Position numbers and translations under genes: made by a program. 15,809 nt of DNA from Fibrobacteria bacterium (GTDB lineage Bacteria > Fibrobacterota > Fibrobacteria > UBA11236): positions 1-15,809 of the forward strand of contig JBJHDK010000055.1 of the NCBI GenBank assembly GCA_050486505.1, written 5' to 3'. Positions 7,496-14,278 of this stretch are shown one piece after another. Each line of letters starts with the position of its first letter. Positions within the stretch are counted from its first letter, which is position 1. The notes under the pieces are model-generated. The model did no database searches. It had not been told where the DNA came from and saw nothing but the letters and a program-made list of their open reading frames with translations.

Positions 7496-8968
7496 TCAGG
7501 ACGGTTGTTCCCGCAATGTCTTGAGCAAGGCAAACGCCTCCAGCGCTTCGGCGCGCGCGGCGGCGTGGTCGACGATCGGGCGGGGGTAGCGTTTCCCCAG
7601 CGAAACCCCCGCCGCAGCGAGGACATCGTCCGGCGCCTCCCAGGGCGAGTGGATCCATTGCGCCGGGAGCTTCCCCAACTCCGGCACCCATGTGCGGACG
7701 TAGTCGCCGTCCGCATCGAACTTCCTGCCTTGCGTAACAGGATTGAACACGCGGAAATACGGTGCCGCGTCGGCGCCGCATCCCGCGGTCCATTGCCAAC
7801 CCAGTGTGTTGCTCGCCAGATCCGCATCGACAAGCGTGTCCCAAAACCATTCCGCCCCACGCTGCCACGGCAGGCGCAAGTGCTTCACGAGGAACGAGGC
7901 GACGATCATGCGCACGCGGTTGTGCATCCAACCCGTGGCCCACAACTGCCGCATGCCCGCATCCACGATCGGATAGCCGGTCAGGCCGCGCTGCCACGCG
8001 CGCAGCTTGCGCCCGCCGGCATCTTTCGCCCAGGGAAAGCGCGCGAACTCCGCGCGCAACGGCTCCTTTGGCGTATGGGGGAAGTGGTAGAGCAGGTGGT
8101 AGCCGAACTCGCGCCAGCCGACCTCGGAAAGAAACACACGCGCACCCCCGGAATCGGTGGAGACGCCCGTCGCATGGCAATGTGCCTCCACCGCCGCGTG
8201 GATCTGGCGCGGCGACAGCTCCCCGAAGGCCAGCCACGGCGACAACATCGACGTGCCGTCTTCACCGGGCAGGTTGCGGCGATCCGCATACCCGTCCATC
8301 GTGTTGCGCACGAAGTGGTTGAGTCGTTTGACCGCCCCGGCCTCGCCGGGTTTCCAGCGCGTTCCGAAGTCCGCGTCCCACGGAATGTTCGGGAGCAAGG
8401 CAAGATCGGGGAGGGGTTCGCTTTCAGGCCACCGCATTGGAGGGGTCAGGGATTTCGCCTTGAAGGGGATCGGCTTCGGCACCGGGAGCGCGAGGCAATG
8501 CTTCCAGAACGGGGTGAACACCTGAAAGGGGTTTCCCTGTTTGTTCGCGATCGTGTGCGGCTCGTGCAGCAAAGATCCGTTGAAGCTTTTCGCCTCGACT
8601 CCCGCGGCAAGGAGCTCCTTCTTGACGCGTTCATCCCGCGTGCGAATCGCCGGTTCGTAACGCCGGTTCCAGAACACGGCCCCGGCATCCAGCGACCGGA
8701 CAAGCGACAGCAAGGTCGGCAGCGAGTCCCCCCGCGCCAGCATCAGCCGGGATCCGAGCCCCCTCAAGGAGGCGTCGAGCGATGCCAGGGAATGGTGGAG
8801 CCACCACCGGGAGGCGCCCCCCATCTTCCATGTTCCTTCCGATGCATCATCGAGGATGAAGACGGGAATGATCGGCCCGCCCCGCCGCAGGGCAGCATCG
8901 AGGGCGGGGTTGTCCTGGAGACGCAGGTCGCGACGGAACCAAACGAGGGCGGGGCCAACGGAATTCAT
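7496..8968 (-). CDS. phrB: Deoxyribodipyrimidine photo-lyase (CPD photolyase, class III-like), 490 aa
   Basis: 'LVWFRRDLRLQDNPAL', 'GGASRWWLHHSL', 'TSMLSPWLAFGELSPRQ', 'WREF', 'GLTGYPIVDAGMRQLWATGWMHNRVRMIVASFL', 'DADLASNTLGWQW' (Asn opposite flavin N5, photolyase-type) and 'DAAPYFRVFNP'. Start ATG 8968. Confidence 0.95.
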   Translation of the reverse strand: MNSVGPALVWFRRDLRLQDNPALDAALRRGGPIIPVFILDDASEGTWKMGGASRWWLHHSLASLDASLRGLGSRLMLARGDSLPTLLSLVRSLDAGAVFWNRRYEPAIRTRDERVKKELLAAGVEAKSFNGSLLHEPHTIANKQGNPFQVFTPFWKHCLALPVPKPIPFKAKSLTPPMRWPESEPLPDLALLPNIPWDADFGTRWKPGEAGAVKRLNHFVRNTMDGYADRRNLPGEDGTSMLSPWLAFGELSPRQIHAAVEAHCHATGVSTDSGGARVFLSEVGWREFGYHLLYHFPHTPKEPLRAEFARFPWAKDAGGRKLRAWQRGLTGYPIVDAGMRQLWATGWMHNRVRMIVASFLVKHLRLPWQRGAEWFWDTLVDADLASNTLGWQWTAGCGADAAPYFRVFNPVTQGRKFDADGDYVRTWVPELGKLPAQWIHSPWEAPDDVLAAAGVSLGKRYPRPIVDHAAARAEALEAFALLKTLREQPS

Positions 8969-8974
8969 GGAGAA

Positions 8975-8980
8975 AAGGTA
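8975..8980 (-). promoter_or_regulatory. Putative -10 (TACCTT) 6 nt before the photolyase ATG
   Basis: Minus strand gccTACCTTttctccATG; no SD and no clear -35. Confidence 0.35.
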
Positions 8981-9068
8981 GGCGGGCCACATCGCAACGT
9001 TGGCACAGAATCCGGCTAAACCGGGTGTTTTCACGATCCGGTAAATTTCTGCCTTTCGCGTTATTCCC

Positions 9069-9099
9069 GCCAAATGGCATTTACATTTTGCCATATGGC
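9069..9099 (+). promoter_or_regulatory. TA operon promoter/operator: two 10-bp palindromes flanking a -10
   Basis: GCCAAATGGC (9069-9078) and GCCATATGGC (9090-9099) start 21 bp apart, with TACATT (9082-9087) between them. The second covers the antitoxin ATG at 9095. Confidence 0.6.
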
Positions 9100-9595
9100 C
9101 ACCAAGAAAAAACCTCTCCGCGACCCTGATCCCGCGAAAGACGCCTGGGTCGTCCGCGACCCTGAAACCGCCTACGGCCACTGGACATCCGTGATCGGCA
9201 ACGTCACCGGCAAATTCCCCAAGGGCGAAGACGCATCCTTCCTCGGTGTGCGCAAGCTCATCCACAAAGGCATCGACCGCCGCGCCTTCGATCGCATCCG
9301 CGACGCGGTCGGAGTCAGCACCGAACAGCTCTCGACCGTGGTCGGCATCCCCATGCGCACCCTCGCGCGTCGCGAACGCTTCAAGCCCGACGAGACGGAG
9401 CATCTGTTACGTCTTGCCTCGGTCATTCAGAAAGGAATGGAAGTCTTCGGCAGGATGGACTCGGTCAAAGAATGGATGGTCGCGCCTCGTCGTGCCCTCG
9501 GTGGCCTGACGCCCCTCGAGTGCTGTGATACGGCTACGGGCGCCAAGGAAGTCGAAAACCTTCTCGGACGCATCGAGCACGGCGTCTTCACATGA
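9095..9595 (+). CDS. Type II antitoxin, Xre-like HTH + MbcA/ParS (DUF2384) C-terminal domain (166 aa)
   Basis: HTH-like 'LSTVVGIPMRTLARRERFKPDETEHLLRL'; C-terminal 'VFG...KEWMVAPRRALGGLTPLE...GAKEVENLLGRIEHGVFT'. Stop overlaps the toxin start (ATGA). Confidence 0.92.
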   Translation: MATKKKPLRDPDPAKDAWVVRDPETAYGHWTSVIGNVTGKFPKGEDASFLGVRKLIHKGIDRRAFDRIRDAVGVSTEQLSTVVGIPMRTLARRERFKPDETEHLLRLASVIQKGMEVFGRMDSVKEWMVAPRRALGGLTPLECCDTATGAKEVENLLGRIEHGVFT

Positions 9596-10059
9596 TGCGC
9601 GTATTCCGGCTTCTGCAGACCGTGCAAAGCCTGCATGGGGTCGATGGCGAGGGCGCGCGGCTTTACGGCGGGCGATGGAACTCGATAGGAACGCCAATGG
9701 TGTACTGCGCCCAAAGCCTTTCACTGGCGGTGCTTGAAGTCATGGTCCACGCGGGAGACCACTTCCTGCGGGGCAACCCCTACTCGTTCCTGATGATCGA
9801 GCTTTCCGAAAGCCTGGTTACGAACCCCGATCCAGCTTCTCTGCCGGAATCATGGAGCGCCGCAGATGTGCATGATTCATCCAGGGTCTACGGCGACGCG
9901 TGGGTGGAACAGAAAACATCCGTCGCCCTGCGCGTCCCTTCCGTGATTGTTCCCGGCGAATGGAACTACCTGCTCAACCCCGCGCACCCTGACTTCAAAA
10001 AGATCAAGGTCGGCAAAGCCGAACCCTTCGCGCTGGATAAGAGGTTGAAGAAGAAATAG
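9592..10059 (+). CDS. RES-domain toxin (NAD+-consuming/mART-like; MbcT/ParT/Res family)
   Basis: 'DGEGARLYGGRWNS.G...VY.AQSLSLAVLEVMVH' and 'LRVPSVIVPGEWNYLLNPAHPDF'; conserved R, Y, E, S and N residues all present. Confidence 0.94.
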   Translation: MMRVFRLLQTVQSLHGVDGEGARLYGGRWNSIGTPMVYCAQSLSLAVLEVMVHAGDHFLRGNPYSFLMIELSESLVTNPDPASLPESWSAADVHDSSRVYGDAWVEQKTSVALRVPSVIVPGEWNYLLNPAHPDFKKIKVGKAEPFALDKRLKKK

Positions 10060-10089
10060 GGGGTGGCCCCATCCGGGCCGCCCCTGTTT
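10059..10089. terminator. Probable bidirectional intrinsic terminator between RES toxin and gcvP
   Basis: ggggtggccc-catcc-gggccgcccc (10060-10084), a 10-bp stem with one G-U on the plus strand. Followed by tgttt on + and ctatttcttctt on -. Confidence 0.65.
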
Positions 10090-10100
10090 GGGGACGGTGA

Positions 10101-13004
10101 TTACCCCTCCCACTCCTCCATCGGCGGGCACGCGCAATACAGGTTCTTGTCCCCGTACGCGCTGTTGAGCCGCCCCACCGCCGGCCAGAACTTGTGTGCC
10201 CGCACCCACGGCAACGGATACGCCGCCTGCTCGCGCGAGTAAGGATGCGACCAGGTGTCGGCCGAAACTTCCTCAGCCGTGTGCGGCGCCATCTTCAGCA
10301 CGTTGTCCGCGCGGTCGGCCTTGCCGTCCTCGATCGCGCGGATCTCCTCGCGGATCGCGATGAGCGCGTCGCAGAAGCGGTCGAGCTCGGCCTTCGGCTC
10401 CGACTCGGTGGGCTCGATCATCAGCGTCCCCGCCACCGGGAACGACACCGTCGGCGCGTGGAACCCGTAGTCCATCAAGCGCTTCGCGATGTCCTCGACC
10501 TCGACCCCCGCGCTTTGCTTGAACCCGCGGCAGTCGGCGATCAGCTCGTGCGCCACCGTGCCGTTCTCTCCCGTGTACAGGATCGGGTAGTGCTTCTCGA
10601 TGCGCGCCTTGATGTAGTTCGCGTTGAGAATGGCCACCTCGGTGGCGCGCCGCAGCTGGGCGCCGCCCATGAGGCGAATGTAGGCCCACGAGATGGTGAG
10701 GATGCTCGCGCTGCCGAAGGGCGCCGCCGACACCGCGGGAATCGCCTTCTCCCCGCCGGTGGACACCAGCGGATGCCCGGGCAGGAAGGGCCGAAGATGC
10801 TCCGCCACGCAGATGGGACCCATCCCCGGCCCCCCGCCTCCATGGGGAATGCAAAACGTCTTGTGCAAATTGATGTGGCACACGTCCGCACCGATGCGTC
10901 CCGGCGCGGTCAGCCCGACCTGCGCGTTCAGGTTCGCGCCGTCCATGTACACCTGCCCGCCGTGCGCGTGGATGATTTCGCAGGCCTCCACGATGCCGCC
11001 CTCGAACACGCCGTGCGTGGAGGGATAGGTGATCATCGCGCAGGCCAGGTCGTCCTTGTGCGCTTCGGCATGCTTGCGCAAATCCGCGAGGTCGATGTTG
11101 CCCTTCTCGTCGCAGCGGACGACGACGACCTTCATGCCGGCCATGGCCGCGCTCGCGGGGTTCGTGCCGTGGGCGGAGGAGGGAATGAGGCACACGTTGC
11201 GGTGCCCCTGTCCGCGATCCTTTTGCCATGCGCGAATCACCAGCAGCCCCGCGTATTCGCCCTGCGACCCGGCGTTGGGCTGGAGGGAAACCCCCGGAAG
11301 CTCCGTGATGGCGGCCAGGTCGCGTTCGAGGTCGTCGAACACCCGACGATATCCGCGCGCCTGGGAGTCGGGCGCAAAGGGGTGCATGTCGGCAAACCCG
11401 TGATTGGTCAACGGAAGCATCTCGGCCGTGGCGTTGAGCTTCATCGTGCACGATCCCAGCGGGATCATCGACGTCGTGAGCGACAGGTCCTTGCGCTCCA
11501 GCGAACGGATGTAGCGCAGCATCTCGTGCTCGCTGTGGTGCGTGCGGAACACCGGATGGGTGAGGTAGGGGGACTCCCGGCGCATGGCCGCGGGGATCCC
11601 GTCGTCGAGCGAAGCGGCCAGCGCCTCGAGCGCGGCGCGGTCGGGGACCTTGGCGCCCAGCGATTCGGCGAAGACGCGCGCCACGCGCGCCACGGTTTCG
11701 AGGGTCCAGGTCTCGTCCACGCTGACGCCGAGGGATCCGTCGTCGAGATGGCGGAAGTTGATGCGCTCCGCCTCGGCCTCGGCGCGCAGCGCCGGCAGCC
11801 ACGCGCCGTTCCCCGGAGGCGACACATGCAGCGTGTCGAAAAACGTCTCGTTGTGCAGCGTGCACCCCATCTCGCGCAGCGACGCGTTCAGCACGCGGGC
11901 CAGGGCGTGGGTGCGCCGCGCGATGCGGCGGATGCCCTCGGGGCCGTGGTACACGGCGTAGAACCCGGCCATCACGGCGAGCAGCACCTGCGCCGTGCAG
12001 ATGTTGCTCGTCGCCTTTTCGCGGCGGATGTGCTGCTCCCGCGTCTGCAGGGCCATGCGCAGCGCGCGCTTGCCGTGCCGGTCCACCGAGACGCCGATGA
12101 TGCGCCCGGGCAAAAAGCGCTTGTATGCGTCGCGCGCGGAGAGAAACGCCGCGTGCGGGCCGCCGTAGCCCATCGGCACGCCGAAGCGCTGCGCGGAGCC
12201 GACGGCGACGTCGGCGCCCAACTCGCCCGGCGACTTCAACAGCGCGAGCGCAAGCAAATCGGTGGCGAGAACCACCGCGGCGCCCTGTTCCTTCGCCTTC
12301 GCGATGCGCGCGGAAAGATTCTCGGCGCGCCCGAACGTGTCGGGATACTGCAGCAGAATGCCGAACGTTCCCTCGGGAAGTTGCTCCGGAACCTCGTCGA
12401 GGACGCGCAGGTCGATGCCCATGGGCTCGGCGCGCGTCTCCAGGATCGCGAGCGTCTGCGGATGGCAGCGACCCGAGGCCACGAAGACGTTACGCGTCGC
12501 TTCGGCGCGGCGACCGAAGAGCATGCCCATGGCCTCGGCGGCGGCCGTGCCTTCGTCGAGCAGCGACGCGTTCGTCACTTCCATGCCCGTGAGGTCGAGC
12601 ACCGCCGTCTGGTAGTTCAGCAGGGCTTCGAGGCGACCCTGCGAAATCTCCGCCTGATAGGGCGTGTATTGCGTGTACCAACCGGGATTTTCGAGCACGT
12701 TGCGCAGAATGACCGGCGGCGTGATCGTGCCGTAGTAACCGGCCCCGATGCAGGACAACCAGGGGTCGTTCTCCGCCGCCACGTCGCGCGCCAGGCGCAG
12801 AAAGGCCGACTCGCTCTCCACGGCCGGAATTTCGGGAGTTGCGTCCAGGCGGATGTCGCGCGGAACCGTGCGATCAACCAAGGTTTCCAGATCCGGCGCG
12901 CCCACCGCCCCGAGCATCGCCTTGATCTCGGCGGCATCGGGAGCGATATGACGGTCGTGAAACGGATCGGGGTTCTTCAGGTCGCGCGACAAGGAATCAG
13001 ACAT
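10101..13004 (-). CDS. gcvP: Glycine dehydrogenase (decarboxylating), single-chain P protein, 967 aa
   Basis: '[22 protein letters not shown]', '[14 protein letters not shown]', '[21 protein letters not shown]', '[13 protein letters not shown]', PLP-lysine motif '[18 protein letters not shown]', '[10 protein letters not shown]'. ATG 13004 (MSDSLS) is preferred to 13133. Confidence 0.98.
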   Translation of the reverse strand: MSDSLSRDLKNPDPFHDRHIAPDAAEIKAMLGAVGAPDLETLVDRTVPRDIRLDATPEIPAVESESAFLRLARDVAAENDPWLSCIGAGYYGTITPPVILRNVLENPGWYTQYTPYQAEISQGRLEALLNYQTAVLDLTGMEVTNASLLDEGTAAAEAMGMLFGRRAEATRNVFVASGRCHPQTLAILETRAEPMGIDLRVLDEVPEQLPEGTFGILLQYPDTFGRAENLSARIAKAKEQGAAVVLATDLLALALLKSPGELGADVAVGSAQRFGVPMGYGGPHAAFLSARDAYKRFLPGRIIGVSVDRHGKRALRMALQTREQHIRREKATSNICTAQVLLAVMAGFYAVYHGPEGIRRIARRTHALARVLNASLREMGCTLHNETFFDTLHVSPPGNGAWLPALRAEAEAERINFRHLDDGSLGVSVDETWTLETVARVARVFAESLGAKVPDRAALEALAASLDDGIPAAMRRESPYLTHPVFRTHHSEHEMLRYIRSLERKDLSLTTSMIPLGSCTMKLNATAEMLPLTNHGFADMHPFAPDSQARGYRRVFDDLERDLAAITELPGVSLQPNAGSQGEYAGLLVIRAWQKDRGQGHRNVCLIPSSAHGTNPASAAMAGMKVVVVRCDEKGNIDLADLRKHAEAHKDDLACAMITYPSTHGVFEGGIVEACEIIHAHGGQVYMDGANLNAQVGLTAPGRIGADVCHINLHKTFCIPHGGGGPGMGPICVAEHLRPFLPGHPLVSTGGEKAIPAVSAAPFGSASILTISWAYIRLMGGAQLRRATEVAILNANYIKARIEKHYPILYTGENGTVAHELIADCRGFKQSAGVEVEDIAKRLMDYGFHAPTVSFPVAGTLMIEPTESEPKAELDRFCDALIAIREEIRAIEDGKADRADNVLKMAPHTAEEVSADTWSHPYSREQAAYPLPWVRAHKFWPAVGRLNSAYGDKNLYCACPPMEEWEG

Positions 13005-13156
13005 GCAGGGTTCCGGGGGATCGTGGTGCAAAAAAGACGGGAAAGATAGTAGGGGGGGACACGGCGGGTCTGCCCTTTCGTCGGGGCGCCGTCCGTCCGC
13101 TCGTGGGTTCGGAAGCATTCGCGGCAGGGGCATGATCCCGGCCCCCGTTTCCCGTC

Positions 13157-13185
13157 TTGGGAGCCGTTCGTTTGCTATATATAAT
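13157..13185 (+). promoter_or_regulatory. Putative sigma70-type promoter of the iron ABC operon
   Basis: TTGGGA (13157-13162), 17 bp, TATAAT (13180-13185). Confidence 0.65.
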
Positions 13186-13199
13186 GAGACTTAATCTCA
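13180..13199 (+). promoter_or_regulatory. Fur-box-like operator overlapping the -10
   Basis: tataatgagacttaatctc matches GATAATGATAATCATTATC at 13/19 positions; internal dyad TGAGA-N5-TCTCA (13185-13199); lies upstream of an Fe(III) ABC transporter. Confidence 0.75.
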
Positions 13200-13234
13200 A
13201 GCTTTTCCGTCTTTCTAATCCGCTGGAAATCAAC

Positions 13235-14278
13235 ATGTTGCACCTGACCGCTTCGCGCTTCTCAACCGCCATGGCAGCGCTCCCCCTGATCTTCGGGGCA
13301 GCCGGGTGGACCACGGCATCCGCGGAGGGCGTCGTGAACGTGTATTCCGCGCGGCACTACCAGGTGGACGAACAGGTCAATCGCCTTTTCACCGAGCGCA
13401 CGGGCATCGAGGTGCGCGTCGTCAATGCCCCCGCCAACCAGCTCATGGAGCGCATCAAATCCGAAGGGAGCAACAGCCCCGCGGACGTGCTGGTCACGGT
13501 GGATGCCGGCCAAATGCAGCGCGCGCGCGCGGAGGGGCTGCTTCGTCCCCTCAACAGCGGGAAGCTGAAAGAGGCGACCCCCGCCGGCCTCCGCGATCCA
13601 GACGGGTTCTGGTATCCCTACACCGTTCGCGCACGCGTCATCATGGTCGCGGCCGACCGCGTCGGGCCCAATGAAATCACCCGGTACTCCGACCTCGCCG
13701 ACCGCAAGTGGCGCGGTCGCGTGCTGATCCGCTCCTCCTCGAGCCCCTACAATCAGGCGTTGACCGCGGCCCATCTCACCGCACACGGCGAGGACTCGAC
13801 GCGCGCCTGGGTGCGCGGGATCACACGCAACCTCGCCCGCCCGCCGCAGGGCGGCGATCGCGACCAGATCAAGTTCGTCGCCGCCGGGCTCGCGGATGTT
13901 TGCGTGGCCAACACGTATTACCTCGGCATGATGCTGAACTCCACCGATGCCGAGGAGCGGCGCCTGGCCGGACGCATCCGGGTCGTGTTCCCCGATCAGG
14001 AAGATCGCGGCGCGCACGTGAACGTCAGCGCTGCCGGAGTGGCCCGCCACGCGCCCAATGCGGACAACGCGCGCCGTTACCTCGAGTTTCTCGTGAGCCC
14101 CGAAGTGCAGGCCCTGATCGTGAACGCGACGCACGAATATCCCGTGAACTTCGACATGACCATCAACCCCGTGTTGCAGTCATGGGGAGCGTTCAAGCCC
14201 GACACGGAGACCTTCCTGAAGGCCGGGGAAAACCTGCCGCGCGCCATCGGCATCCTTGATGCGGAAGGCTGGAAGTGA
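13235..14278 (+). CDS. futA: Fe(III) ABC transporter substrate-binding protein (FutA/FbpA/AfuA type), 347 aa
   Basis: Signal peptide then 'VNVYSARHY', 'SPADVLVTVDAG', 'RSSSSPYNQAL', 'GGDRDQIK', tandem-Tyr 'ANTYYLG', 'GAHVNVSAAG' and 'EYPV'. ATG 13235 lies downstream of the Fur box. Confidence 0.93.
   Translation: MLHLTASRFSTAMAALPLIFGAAGWTTASAEGVVNVYSARHYQVDEQVNRLFTERTGIEVRVVNAPANQLMERIKSEGSNSPADVLVTVDAGQMQRARAEGLLRPLNSGKLKEATPAGLRDPDGFWYPYTVRARVIMVAADRVGPNEITRYSDLADRKWRGRVLIRSSSSPYNQALTAAHLTAHGEDSTRAWVRGITRNLARPPQGGDRDQIKFVAAGLADVCVANTYYLGMMLNSTDAEERRLAGRIRVVFPDQEDRGAHVNVSAAGVARHAPNADNARRYLEFLVSPEVQALIVNATHEYPVNFDMTINPVLQSWGAFKPDTETFLKAGENLPRAIGILDAEGWK

Larger units (their letters stand above)
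13034..13213. repeat. Three copies of an 11-mer TTT(C/T)CCGTCTT in the divergent gcvP/iron-ABC spacer
   Basis: aagacgggaaa (13034-13044, reverse copy), tttcccgtctt (13148-13158) and ttttccgtctt (13203-13213, 10/11 match). Confidence 0.55.

Noticed and set aside
7496..8968. Plant-type cryptochrome rather than repair enzyme
   Set aside because: The residue facing flavin N5 is Asn (DLASNTLGWQW), not Asp, and there is no C-terminal extension.
8969..9403. 145-aa N-terminal extension of photolyase in the ORF track
   Set aside because: Largely the antisense of the antitoxin gene and its promoter; photolyase homology starts just after Met 8968.
10194..13049. 951-aa plus-strand ORF antisense to gcvP (similar ones lie opposite mgtE, phr, futA and futB)
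   Set aside because: Codon-register mirror of a strongly conserved gene; stop-codon scarcity explained by GC3 bias.
13005..13160. Glycine riboswitch upstream of gcvP
   Set aside because: No GGAGA...CCGAAG...CUCUCAGG aptamer motifs on the minus strand.
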